Shown piece after piece: positions 47,170 through 56,270 of a stretch of 64,000 nucleotides of DNA. Every line of letters starts with the position of its first letter. Position 1 is the stretch's first letter. Position numbers and translations under genes: made by a program. Origin of the DNA: a virus (lineage: Duplodnaviria; Caudoviricetes); the IMG/VR virus record IMGVR_UViG_2786546475_000015, positions 64,001 to 128,000 of that record; one strand, given 5' to 3'. A model generated the notes under the pieces. That model was not told the DNA's origin. It was given only the letters and a program-made list of their open reading frames with translations, and did no database searches.

Positions 47170-48554
47170 TCTTAGATATTTTGAATGAATTGGAATCGAC
47201 TAGCTCTACCAAAGAAAAAGAATCGATTCTACGTAAACATGAAGATAATGAGTTATTAAAACGCGTGTTTCAGTTGACTTATGATAAAGTCAATTACACG
47301 TTTAACGTTAAGAAAATCGATCCCGAATGGATTGAGTACGATAAAGACGTACCAGAATGTTTCACAATCGATTTAGGAATGGTACTAGAAAGTGTTGTAC
47401 TCAATCTATGTGAACATAAAATGCGTGGACACGAAGCACAGCAGTTTTTATCCGAAACCTTCATGCAACTACTACCCGATGATAGAGAAGTTCTTAAACG
47501 GGTACTCAAGCGCGATTTACGGGTAAAAACAAGTGGTTCTATCGCTAATAAAGTATGGAAAGGGTTAGTTCCTAAAGTTCCTCAAATGTTGGCACGTCCA
47601 TACAAAGAAAAGAACTTAAAAGCTATCGAATATCCAGCGATTGCACAAAAGAAAGCTGATGGTGTACGTTGTATCATCTATATCGATAATGGTAGTGTTA
47701 CAATGTTCAGCCGCAACGGTAATGAATTCGACTTACCAACGATTCGAGAGGAATTAAGTAAAATCGATACCCAATGCGTTATCGATGGTGAGTTACTTTA
47801 TAGTGGTGATTTACGCGAAGAAGATCGTCAAACAGGTAATGGTATCGTTGGTAAATCTTTGAAAGGTACTATCAAACCAGAAGAAGAAAGACGAGTTTAC
47901 ATGGAAGCATGGGATATTGTTCCGTTAGCCAAATACAAAGAAAAAGGTAAATACATTTTACCATATCTGAATCGCTTTCAAGAATTGAAAGATTTTATTA
48001 GCGATAACCAATTAAAAACTATTAGTTATATCGAATCACATGTTGTTAATAACATCGACGAAGCTAAAGAGTTATCAGCTAATTATATCGCCAATGGGTT
48101 TGAAGGAATTATTCTAAAAAACGTTGACGCACCTTGGCAAGACACACGCAGTAAACATCAAGTCAAATTCAAAGAAGTGATTGATTTTGATTTTCGTATT
48201 GTAGACGTATATCGACACGAAGAAGATCCGAATAAACTCGGTGGCGTAACTCTAGAAAGTGAGTGTGGTCAAATCCGTGTGAATTGTGGTTCTGGATTCA
48301 GAGATAAAGATACGGACGCGGAAACAGGCGAGCGTATCCCATTAGCACATAGACATGAATATGATCGCGAATTGTTATGGTCTAAAAGACACGAATTAAT
48401 CGGTAAGATTGTCGAAGGTACATGTAATGGTGTAACGACACGTAAAAATGTTCGTGAGGATGAAGCGCCTTATAAAGTATTTTTGCCAATCTTTAAATGT
48501 CTAAGATTCGACAAAGACATAGCGAATACGTTAGAAGAACTTGGTAAAAAATAA
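47166..48554 (+). CDS. 30: ATP-dependent DNA ligase
   Basis: QKKADGVR, IDGEL, EGIILKN, KFKE, NCGSGF, FLPIF..RFDK. Confidence 0.95.
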   Translation: MILDILNELESTSSTKEKESILRKHEDNELLKRVFQLTYDKVNYTFNVKKIDPEWIEYDKDVPECFTIDLGMVLESVVLNLCEHKMRGHEAQQFLSETFMQLLPDDREVLKRVLKRDLRVKTSGSIANKVWKGLVPKVPQMLARPYKEKNLKAIEYPAIAQKKADGVRCIIYIDNGSVTMFSRNGNEFDLPTIREELSKIDTQCVIDGELLYSGDLREEDRQTGNGIVGKSLKGTIKPEEERRVYMEAWDIVPLAKYKEKGKYILPYLNRFQELKDFISDNQLKTISYIESHVVNNIDEAKELSANYIANGFEGIILKNVDAPWQDTRSKHQVKFKEVIDFDFRIVDVYRHEEDPNKLGGVTLESECGQIRVNCGSGFRDKDTDAETGERIPLAHRHEYDRELLWSKRHELIGKIVEGTCNGVTTRKNVREDEAPYKVFLPIFKCLRFDKDIANTLEELGKK

Positions 48555-48560
48555 TTAAAC

Positions 48561-48621
48561 AAAGCCCTTGCGTAAGCAGGGGCTTTTTGTTATCATGGGT
48601 TTGTTGAATTGATTTAAGGAG
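48561..48621 (+). promoter_or_regulatory. PeSL-like cassette, copy 7 (47 nt identical to copy 1)
   Basis: AAGCCCTTGCGTAAGCAGGGGCTTTTTGTTATCATGGGTTTGTTGAA. Confidence 0.85.
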
Positions 48622-48628
48622 AATATCT

Positions 48629-48736
48629 ATGGGATTTAAATATAATATCAAGCAATTCTTTAAATACCTTTTCCTGTTCATAGGATTCTTTTGTGGGTTT
48701 TTTGCTTTAGGTATGTTAACAATTTATCAGTGGTGA
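48629..48736 (+). CDS. 35 aa single-TM peptide (not in ORF track)
   Basis: AAGGAG RBS; MGFKYNIKQFFKYLFLFIGFFCGFFALGMLTIYQW. Confidence 0.65.
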   Translation: MGFKYNIKQFFKYLFLFIGFFCGFFALGMLTIYQW

Positions 48737-48738
48737 TT

Positions 48739-48933
48739 ATGCAATTTGATATCGATACATTATGTCAATTGGCTAACGGTTTACAATCATTAACCAATGG
48801 CGAACCAGACGAACATATTAAAGATCATGAAGTGAATCGAGTTCATAGCGATTTACATCATGCTATTGGGTTATTAAAACGTACAGAAGAAAATCTAATA
48901 CGTTTATGCGAGAGGTACGATTATGTTGGATGA
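48739..48933 (+). CDS. hypothetical protein
   Basis: GGTG RBS before ATG at 48739. Confidence 0.55.
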   Translation: MQFDIDTLCQLANGLQSLTNGEPDEHIKDHEVNRVHSDLHHAIGLLKRTEENLIRLCERYDYVG

Positions 48934-49348
48934 TTTGATGGATGAAAAAGTTGAGAAACCTAAGCCAAAGAAAAAGACTAAAACAAAATCAAAGAAAAAA
49001 GATGAACCAAAGACTAAGGCTACAAAGAAGCCGAGAAAATCTACTAAATCGAAAACACCCAAACCCAAAAAAAGATCAACACGTAAGCCTAAAAAGAGTA
49101 CCTTACCAGACAAAGAACCCGCTGAAATTGTCGGAGATAGTTCAGGTATTCCAAATTTAATTCACGATTACCTATTGAAAAAGTACTACGTAGTAGACTA
49201 TAATCAGTTAGGTAAACCAAAAACTGAATTGACCAGAGAATTTCGTATTAGAGATACCGAGGATAAAGAAGAAGATTATATCATGTTTCTTAATATTATC
49301 CGTGGTGGTCGTAATGTAGAATTATTGGAGTTTTATAGTAATGTATAA
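48923..49348 (+). CDS. Lys-rich hypothetical protein
   Basis: K/P/T/S-rich low-complexity N-half. Confidence 0.6.
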   Translation: MLDDLMDEKVEKPKPKKKTKTKSKKKDEPKTKATKKPRKSTKSKTPKPKKRSTRKPKKSTLPDKEPAEIVGDSSGIPNLIHDYLLKKYYVVDYNQLGKPKTELTREFRIRDTEDKEEDYIMFLNIIRGGRNVELLEFYSNV

Positions 49349-49574
49349 ATTAATCGGACGCGTCATTTACGACGAAGAAATGAACATCATAGGTGTTATT
49401 AGAGAAGCTTATAACGGTGATATCAGGATTTTCTATGGAGACACCGATTTTGGTACTACTTTTAGTATGGAAAGCGTTAGCGGTGCGTACGATGAATCTC
49501 TAATCCTACTCAACAATCCAGAAAAATACGCTGAAAGCAAAGAGTCTTTACGTATACAGGGTATTTCTGTATAA
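49341..49574 (+). CDS. hypothetical protein
   Basis: Overlapping ORF. Confidence 0.5.
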   Translation: MYKLIGRVIYDEEMNIIGVIREAYNGDIRIFYGDTDFGTTFSMESVSGAYDESLILLNNPEKYAESKESLRIQGISV

Positions 49575-49580
49575 TAAATA

Positions 49581-49588
49581 TATAAATA
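49581..49588 (+). promoter_or_regulatory. T4-type late promoter
   Basis: TATAAATA heading four CTS-like genes. Confidence 0.75.
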
Positions 49589-49604
49589 AAGGAAAGGAGA
49601 ACTT

Positions 49605-50084
49605 ATGAAACAGTTTAAACAATTTTTAAATGAGAAAGACGAATCAGCGCAAGACATGAAACAGTTAGCCAATGATATTGAAACACTATTAAAACGTAAA
49701 TTTCCCAATGGTAACGTTTACGCACGATTTAGTAATAATCTAACTGAATCAATCTCGGTTTGGGTTGGTCTAGTCGGTAACACACGCGAATTAACTAGTG
49801 GTATCGCTGGTAATGATCCTTTAGCTACTGGATTTACAGTATTCAGAGATCCGAAAGGATTTATTATCGAAACACGCCGTTCAGCATTAAGCGTAAATCC
49901 CGAAGAAGGTTCTTATATGGCTATGGGTTCGGTAAAAATACCATTCCGCAAAACACGCGGCGACGAAAAGAAAATCTTAAAAGCGTTAGAACGTTGGGCT
50001 GATCGAACTATTGCCGTAGTACGTGACGAAGAAGCAAATATTTATAATCGTGCCAATTATTCGGATAAGTATTTTAAATTTTGA
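49605..50084 (+). CDS. putative internal head protein
   Basis: MKQFKQFLNE. Confidence 0.7.
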   Translation: MKQFKQFLNEKDESAQDMKQLANDIETLLKRKFPNGNVYARFSNNLTESISVWVGLVGNTRELTSGIAGNDPLATGFTVFRDPKGFIIETRRSALSVNPEEGSYMAMGSVKIPFRKTRGDEKKILKALERWADRTIAVVRDEEANIYNRANYSDKYFKF

Positions 50085-50092
50085 GGTAAAAA

Positions 50093-50395
50093 ATGATTAA
50101 GAAGTTCAAAGAATTTTTAAACGAATCGCAATTTTCTGATATTTATTTCGATACGTATACAGACGCGGTTAATTTTGCATTAGACCAAACCGAAAAGAAA
50201 GGATATCAATACGATCCAGAAGAAGTAGCGGATATTATCGGGATACATTCATCAAGACCAAAAGATGGTAAAACTACTCGATGGTCTTTGCCACTATACA
50301 AAAACGGCAAAAGACAACGAAAAGAATTGCATGTACAGGTATATGGTCGCGGTACTACAACAAACAACTTCGAGTTAAATCATTATATTCGATAA
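50093..50395 (+). CDS. putative internal head protein
   Basis: MIKKFKEFLNE. Confidence 0.7.
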   Translation: MIKKFKEFLNESQFSDIYFDTYTDAVNFALDQTEKKGYQYDPEEVADIIGIHSSRPKDGKTTRWSLPLYKNGKRQRKELHVQVYGRGTTTNNFELNHYIR

Positions 50396-50425
50396 TGGTT
50401 AATAAATAATCATTGAGGTGATTAT

Positions 50426-50701
50426 ATGAAAAATTTTAAGAATTGGCTTGCGGAAGCCGAAACTGATAGTAATCTTATCGATGATGTAATCGATGCTATC
50501 AAAGGGGCTGGTATGAAACCAAAAACCCTAGATAAAGGCGATAATTTTAACGTAGCATTTAAGAAAGGTGATACCGAGTATTACGTAAAACCTAATGATG
50601 AAGGTAAAGAATTATTTTACATAGACGCTGATGTGGATGATTTCAAAACATTTAAAGTAAAGGATATCGCCGCACTTAAATCAAAATTAAAGGATATGTA
50701 A
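50426..50701 (+). CDS. putative internal head protein
   Basis: MKNFKNWLAE; AATAAATA upstream. Confidence 0.7.
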   Translation: MKNFKNWLAEAETDSNLIDDVIDAIKGAGMKPKTLDKGDNFNVAFKKGDTEYYVKPNDEGKELFYIDADVDDFKTFKVKDIAALKSKLKDM

Positions 50702-50702
50702 A

Positions 50703-51101
50703 GTGAAGAAATTTGCCGATCTATTAGAAAATTCTAGCGAGAATGGATTTCAATTAGACGAATCTACTAGTCGTGGTCGCGGTAGCATGAAAGTAGATTC
50801 CGAATCAGGCGAAATTCAAAGTATCGAAGCTAAATTAGTAGTTAAATCCGATGCTGATATGCCTAATATCGAAATGGATTTTACTTACAAAGGTAGTAAA
50901 TTAGAAACATCATTTAGTGTTACTAAAGGTAGATTCGAAGATAAACGATTCTACAAAAAGTTTTCTAAAATGGTAGAAGGCGTGTTTGATAATGTAGATA
51001 GTTTAGAAAATATGATCTACACCGCTTCGAATAAAGATTACGCTAAAGTAGAAAAAGCATTCAGTAAAATGGGTGTTAACATCAAAACAGATATGGTGTA
51101 A
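50703..51101 (+). CDS. putative internal head protein
   Basis: MKKFADLLE..QLDE; GTG start. Confidence 0.6.
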   Translation: MKKFADLLENSSENGFQLDESTSRGRGSMKVDSESGEIQSIEAKLVVKSDADMPNIEMDFTYKGSKLETSFSVTKGRFEDKRFYKKFSKMVEGVFDNVDSLENMIYTASNKDYAKVEKAFSKMGVNIKTDMV

Positions 51102-51105
51102 AACG

Positions 51106-51173
51106 AAAGCCTTGCTTATGCAGGGCTTTTTTGTGTCTAAACGGTTGCAAATTATATCGTACTATGCGATAAT
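51106..51173 (+). promoter_or_regulatory. degenerate PeSL-like hairpin (copy 8) followed by a separate sigma70 promoter
   Basis: AAAGCCTTGC-TTAT-GCAGGGCTTTTTT; TTGCAA-17-GATAAT. Confidence 0.65.
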
Positions 51174-51202
51174 GTGTTTGTAACGTTGAGAAAGGAGATA
51201 TT

Positions 51203-51388
51203 ATGCGAAATCAAAAAGACATTAACCTTATTTGGAAACATACACATAATGATTATCGCGGTAAACTAGGCGGTAAGAAATCGATTTTAGTACTACAAAA
51301 TGGTGTGACCACACTAAGTACTATCGAAAACTTACCCGATGATGTATTTGAAGAAAAATTAAAAATGGCTAAACGTAAGGAGAGCTAA
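51203..51388 (+). CDS. hypothetical early protein
   Basis: AAAGGAG RBS. Confidence 0.65.
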   Translation: MRNQKDINLIWKHTHNDYRGKLGGKKSILVLQNGVTTLSTIENLPDDVFEEKLKMAKRKES

Positions 51389-51389
51389 A

Positions 51390-51653
51390 TTGGAATATTC
51401 CGTTTTCGATTTAACGTGGAATTTAACATTTTGTAAACGCCACCAACGTAACTTATTTGATAGTTACTTAGAAATGTTACATGAACTATTGGGTATATTT
51501 CACGATATGCGTGAAAACGATTATTTAAAGATGTACTACGATCCAGATGGTGTAAGTATGTCGAATCGTTGGACTTCTAAAACAGAAGAACAACGTAGAA
51601 AGGTAATCGCGGAATACATTTCATACATTTTAATGGAACAAGAATGTCACTAA
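51390..51653 (+). CDS. hypothetical protein
   Basis: AAGGAG plus TTG start. Confidence 0.55.
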   Translation: MEYSVFDLTWNLTFCKRHQRNLFDSYLEMLHELLGIFHDMRENDYLKMYYDPDGVSMSNRWTSKTEEQRRKVIAEYISYILMEQECH

Positions 51654-51907
51654 GCGAAAAAGAAAGATTTATCTTAAAATCTGCCGCGTTAACGAAAGGT
51701 GGTATCAAATTAGATGAATCTTTTAGACCTACTATAAACAATCTACAAAAACGTAAATTGATTTATATCGTAAATCGAATTGTTCGTATAACGTTCAAAG
51801 GATATTGTGTAGTAGGTAATTTACCTTCGTGGTGTTTAGATAATTGTGCTAAAGTACCAAAACATGCCGATAATGATTATATATCGATGTGGGTGACGTT
51901 CAAATAG
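51644..51907 (+). CDS. hypothetical protein (winged-helix-like)
   Basis: NLQKRKLI..RITFKG. Confidence 0.5.
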   Translation: MSLSEKERFILKSAALTKGGIKLDESFRPTINNLQKRKLIYIVNRIVRITFKGYCVVGNLPSWCLDNCAKVPKHADNDYISMWVTFK

Positions 51908-52034
51908 TCCATTAAACGTAATATTTGGGGTATACAAGGCTATATTATAGTTAACTTAGGCGTTCATACTAATTAATTATTTTATAGCCTTAGAATTGAT
52001 TACATAGCTTATAACTTTTTATTATATATTAATA

Positions 52035-52097
52035 ACTAAATCGAATTTTAACAGTTATTACTATAATAATTATATATAAGGTAAACTGTTAAAAAAT
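52035..52097. repeat. 63-bp IR-flanked AT-rich element, copy 2 (core inverted relative to copy 1)
   Basis: Same 20-nt and 12-nt flanks as 10936-10998. Confidence 0.8.
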
Positions 52098-52158
52098 CCG
52101 CTACGCGGTAAACGCCATAGGCGTTTAATTTTATGAACTTATATGGTATTATTAAGTA

Positions 52159-52566
52159 ATGAAAAGAGAAGAATTATTAAATGAACTAGAGCAAGATTTA
52201 AAAGTCGATACTAGACAGTTACTAAACGAAGCCGCCGACAATTCAAAGTTGTATGCTAAATGGTTACGTTATTATAGTGATGTTAAGCGGGAATGGTTAA
52301 AGGCTAATATGGCATTGTCTAGAGTCAAAAAAGAGAAACTTGACTGGTTGAACGGACGTAGTGATGAAGTATGCGAATACGCATATGAACGTAGTGAAAT
52401 AAAAACTGTATTAGAAGCTGATATTGAGTATCAAAGATCGTTTTCTAGTGTAGAGTTAGCTGGAATCAGATTAGATATTTGTAAAAGCGCCTTAGACGCT
52501 ATCAAGAGTCGTGGGTTCAGTATTAAAAATGCAATTGATATGAGAATGTTGGAGAGTGGAAAGTGA
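52159..52566 (+). CDS. uvsY: recombination mediator UvsY
   Basis: LYAKWL.YY, YERSEIK.V..AD, ALDAIKSRGFSIKN.ID.R..E.G. Confidence 0.93.
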   Translation: MKREELLNELEQDLKVDTRQLLNEAADNSKLYAKWLRYYSDVKREWLKANMALSRVKKEKLDWLNGRSDEVCEYAYERSEIKTVLEADIEYQRSFSSVELAGIRLDICKSALDAIKSRGFSIKNAIDMRMLESGK

Positions 52567-53000
52567 GTATTTTTAAAATTATCAAAGATGATCAATTACA
52601 AGCACGTAAAAATTTGGCTAAGGGTAATCGACCAGAAGATAAATTACGTGTTAAATTATTGACTACTATTATCGGTGAAGCAGATCCATTCGGTCGTAAT
52701 GAAGTTACCGATGAACAGATTACACAAAAACTGAAAAAGTTTCTGAAAAATATCGAAGATTCTATTAAGTCTTATGAACAGCGTAAGATTGATACCAGTG
52801 ATTTATTTTTAGAATCGAAATGGATTATGGACTATTTACCAAAACCAATGTCAGAAGATGAAATGATTTCGTTCTTAGAGAATAACGAATTCAAGAAAAT
52901 CGGACAAGCTATGGGTATGGTTAATAAATATAGTAAAGACCATGATTTAATGGTTGACAAAGCAAAATTCGCTGAACTAGCGATGAAATATATTAAGTGA
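52563..53000 (+). CDS. YqeY/GatB-like protein
   Basis: IK.D..ARK..L.T.IGE, YLPK.MSE.E. Confidence 0.7.
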   Translation: MSIFKIIKDDQLQARKNLAKGNRPEDKLRVKLLTTIIGEADPFGRNEVTDEQITQKLKKFLKNIEDSIKSYEQRKIDTSDLFLESKWIMDYLPKPMSEDEMISFLENNEFKKIGQAMGMVNKYSKDHDLMVDKAKFAELAMKYIK

Positions 53001-53007
53001 GGGTTGC

Positions 53008-53178
53008 ATGGAAATTTGTCCAGTATGTAAAACCGAACATGAACAATTAACAGAAACTACCGAAAGTGGTATTAAAGTATGTTGTGGCGCATGTCGAGGT
53101 TATCAAGAACATTATGAATCAACATTAAACGAAAGCGAAAGTAGTGATATTATCGCGGAAACGCAATTAATTGATTAG
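53008..53178 (+). CDS. uvsY.-2-like Zn-binding protein (not in ORF track)
   Basis: MEICPVCKT..G..C.G.C..ETQLID resembles T4 uvsY.-2. Confidence 0.7.
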   Translation: MEICPVCKTEHEQLTETTESGIKVCCGACRGYQEHYESTLNESESSDIIAETQLID

Positions 53179-53186
53179 GAAAGTAT

Positions 53187-53399
53187 ATGAAAGGTTTTAA
53201 AGATTTTATAAGTGAGAAATCAAATTCGTCTGAATGGGTAGCTTATGATGACGATACCGCTAAGGCTATAAAAATATTCAAATCCGAAAGAGCCGCTAAG
53301 ATGTGGTTGAAAAATGAAGGGTTGGGTAGTATCATGAGGCGACAAGAGTTTGATCGTACTTATTCAAGTATCAAAGATAGGTATGACGGTATTAAATAA
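53187..53399 (+). CDS. putative internal head protein
   Basis: MKGFKDFISE; no clear adjacent late promoter. Confidence 0.55.
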   Translation: MKGFKDFISEKSNSSEWVAYDDDTAKAIKIFKSERAAKMWLKNEGLGSIMRRQEFDRTYSSIKDRYDGIK

Positions 53400-53437
53400 C
53401 TAGACTTCATAAAAGTTAATTAAGAACTAAACATCAT

Positions 53438-53460
53438 AAGGGGCTTAACGCCCCTTTTTT
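53438..53460. terminator. terminator at convergent junction, same hairpin as 5124-5145
   Basis: AAGGGGC-TTAAC-GCCCCTTTTTT. Confidence 0.8.
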
Positions 53461-54967
53461 AGATCTTGATAGTTTTAATATCGTAATCGTGTTTTTCTTG
53501 ATTATAAATCTTAACACGTTCAACACCATGTTTAAGTGCGTAGTTTTGATTTTTCCATTTATTCTTAGCACCTTTTTTGGTAGGTAAAGCTAAATGGTCT
53601 ATAACATCCCACAAAACAGCAACACTTTTAGATGAATGTTTACGTAAAATACGTCCGATACTTTGAATCGTTGTAATCTTTGATTTAGTCGGATGTGCGA
53701 ATATAGCGTGATGTAATTTCTTAATACTTACACCAGTCGATAAAATACCATAACTAGCCACGACTATCACACCATCTTCACTATTGGCTATACGCTTCAT
53801 TTCATCACGATCATTTTGATGTGTGTCACCATCTGCGTATATAACCTTATCCTTACCGTAGTATCTTTGTATTCGTTTATACAAATCTTTACCATGCGCT
53901 TTATGTTTGAATAAGACTAGAACATTTTCTTTCCTATTACCCAATTTAGTAGCCAATTTAGCTACCCAATTGTTACGCTTGGTGTGTTCCTTTATAAACT
54001 TGATTTCTTTTTGATAATCTGATTTAGAAGCGACAAAATCTTTGCATTCCTCTAATGGATATCTGATAAATATACTCTTAATTTTTAATTTAGATATTTT
54101 ACCTTGATCCATCATTTTACGTGTGGTAGTCGGTTTATATGGATGACCAAAAGAACCGATGTATTGAAGCATATTAGCTTTACCATCACGTAAAGTACCA
54201 GTAAGACCTTGTTTGTATTTGGTATGGCGCATCGTCTTGATAATCGAGTCAAGTGATTTACCAGTAGAATCATGACATTCATCATTAATCAACATACCAA
54301 ATTGCTCTAGCCACCATTTAGGCTGTTTTATCGCACTTTGCCACGTACTGATATAAATTTTAGCTCTATCGTTAACTTTTGATTTACCGCTAGATATTTT
54401 ATGAATATCTTCATCGTCGAATAATCTGTAATTAACTAATTCATCGGTAAACTGATTGACTAGTAATACAGTCGGTACAACGATAAGTACTTTAGAATCT
54501 TCTAATTCGAAATGACGTTTGGCTGACAGCGCCGCGATTAGAGATTTACCACCAGACGTTGGCATTTCTGTTATACAGCGTTGTTGATTAAAGAAATTAA
54601 ATATACATTTCTTTTGTTCTTCATATGGTGTTATTCTTTTATCACCATCATAAATATCAAATTTACTGATCCATTTCTCAAATTCATCCCAAGACCAATG
54701 TGGTTTTGGTTCTAGTTGTTCGTCTATCTCTATGGTGTAATCTAGGTTTTTAGCAAACTTCTTTGCTAGTCCTACCAATCCTTGGGGTAGATTTCCTAGA
54801 TAGTCCATCGGTCTAATGTAACCATCCCATAGACCCATTTTATATTTTTTGTTAAACTTGTAGCCTTCTATACGAAACGAAAAGTAATCACGCATTTCTG
54901 ATATGATATGCTGTTCCGCTTCTACTTTGGCGTACGAATAGTCAACAAATTTTATTTTAATATCCAA
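53459..54967 (-). CDS. uvsW: UvsW helicase
   Basis: PTSGGKS, NDECH, GLTGT, QSIGRILR; likely TTG start at 54967. Confidence 0.93.
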   Translation of the reverse strand: MDIKIKFVDYSYAKVEAEQHIISEMRDYFSFRIEGYKFNKKYKMGLWDGYIRPMDYLGNLPQGLVGLAKKFAKNLDYTIEIDEQLEPKPHWSWDEFEKWISKFDIYDGDKRITPYEEQKKCIFNFFNQQRCITEMPTSGGKSLIAALSAKRHFELEDSKVLIVVPTVLLVNQFTDELVNYRLFDDEDIHKISSGKSKVNDRAKIYISTWQSAIKQPKWWLEQFGMLINDECHDSTGKSLDSIIKTMRHTKYKQGLTGTLRDGKANMLQYIGSFGHPYKPTTTRKMMDQGKISKLKIKSIFIRYPLEECKDFVASKSDYQKEIKFIKEHTKRNNWVAKLATKLGNRKENVLVLFKHKAHGKDLYKRIQRYYGKDKVIYADGDTHQNDRDEMKRIANSEDGVIVVASYGILSTGVSIKKLHHAIFAHPTKSKITTIQSIGRILRKHSSKSVAVLWDVIDHLALPTKKGAKNKWKNQNYALKHGVERVKIYNQEKHDYDIKTIKI

Positions 54968-54977
54968 AATAAATACC

Positions 54978-55006
54978 TTGACGTTCAATTTACATTACTG
55001 TATTAT
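54978..55006 (+). promoter_or_regulatory. sigma70-like promoter
   Basis: TTGACG-17-TATTAT. Confidence 0.55.
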
Positions 55007-55048
55007 TTAGTATACTATTAAATTAAAAACTAAAAACATGAGGTTATT

Positions 55049-55339
55049 ATGAGTTTACCAAGCAGAATGCACTTCATTAAAAATGGTGAAGTAGTACATC
55101 AAATTTTTGTAAATTGTGGTTGGTTTTTTGATAAAGCTAACCTAGTCGATTATATTTTAGACGCGATAAACGATAAATCTCGCGTAGAACAGGTTGATCC
55201 AAAAGAAGTACTAAAAGATGTTGATTATACTCACATCGTATTGTATAATCATGTGATACGTAAAGATATGTTGCAGAAACATTTGTTTGGTGATTTAACC
55301 ACCGAACAATTTTTAGAAACAGTAATTGAGGAAAAATAA
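55049..55339 (+). CDS. hypothetical protein
   Basis: GAGG RBS. Confidence 0.6.
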   Translation: MSLPSRMHFIKNGEVVHQIFVNCGWFFDKANLVDYILDAINDKSRVEQVDPKEVLKDVDYTHIVLYNHVIRKDMLQKHLFGDLTTEQFLETVIEEK

Positions 55340-56259
55340 TGAAATTTTTTAAGTATCCAAGTTTAGAAAACCATTATCGTAATAAATATATTCAAAAGAT
55401 CCGTTTTACTGATGCAGTAGATAAGGAATGGGTAGCGACCGAGAAATTACACGGAGCTAATTACTCTATTTATTGGGATAGTCGTAGTGGTGAAATCCGT
55501 TCGGCAAAACGTACAGGGTTTATTGGTGAAGAAAAATTCTTTAATCACGAACAGGCGGATCGCGTAGTATACCCAAAAATTAAAGAATGTCAATACGAAA
55601 ATGGTTATTTGATTTTCTATGGTGAATTATGTGGTGGTAATATTCAGAAAGGTGTTGACTATTCAGAAGAACAACGTTTTGTTTGTTTTGATATTGCCGT
55701 TGTTCGTGATGATGAACCAGACAAATTAACGTTTTTCTCATACGACGAATTAACTACATTGTGTGATGCATTGGGTATTGAACGTGCGCCAGAAATCGCA
55801 CGTGGTAGTTTCAAAGATATTCTACAATTAGACAATATTTTTAATTCTAAATATGGCGTTTTTATCGCAGAAGGTTTTGTGATGAAACCCGTTGTTACTC
55901 ATTGGTTGCCTAATGGTAGTCGTATGGCTATCAAATCAAAGAATTCTAAGTTCTCTGAAAAGGCTAAATCGGATAAAAAACCAAAGAAACCGCGTGAATT
56001 ATCAGAAAATGAAACATACTACATCGATGGTGTTGTAGACTACCTTACAGAAAATCGACTAAATAATGTTATAAGTAAAAAAGGTGAAGTTGATAAATCA
56101 ATGTTTTTCCTATTGATGGGCGAACTCATTCAAGACGCTATTGAGGACTTTGATAAAGACAACGAATCCAATTTTAAAGATTTAGATAAACCAGAACGTA
56201 AATTTATCACGAAAAGCCTACAAGAAACGGCGCGTGATATTGTTAAACGTGTAATTTAA
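55339..56259 (+). CDS. rnlB: RNA ligase 2
   Basis: KYPSLENH, EKLHGAN, YGEL.G, FDI, EGFV, IK.KN.KFSE. Confidence 0.92.
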   Translation: MKFFKYPSLENHYRNKYIQKIRFTDAVDKEWVATEKLHGANYSIYWDSRSGEIRSAKRTGFIGEEKFFNHEQADRVVYPKIKECQYENGYLIFYGELCGGNIQKGVDYSEEQRFVCFDIAVVRDDEPDKLTFFSYDELTTLCDALGIERAPEIARGSFKDILQLDNIFNSKYGVFIAEGFVMKPVVTHWLPNGSRMAIKSKNSKFSEKAKSDKKPKKPRELSENETYYIDGVVDYLTENRLNNVISKKGEVDKSMFFLLMGELIQDAIEDFDKDNESNFKDLDKPERKFITKSLQETARDIVKRVI

Positions 56260-56270
56260 AAAGGTGGAAT

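Noticed and set aside
23022-51132. CRISPR array from hairpin repeats
   Set aside because: Copies are dispersed over kilobases with genes between them and no regular spacers
53187-53399. uvsW.1
   Set aside because: Opposite strand to uvsW and no similarity beyond the N-terminal tag
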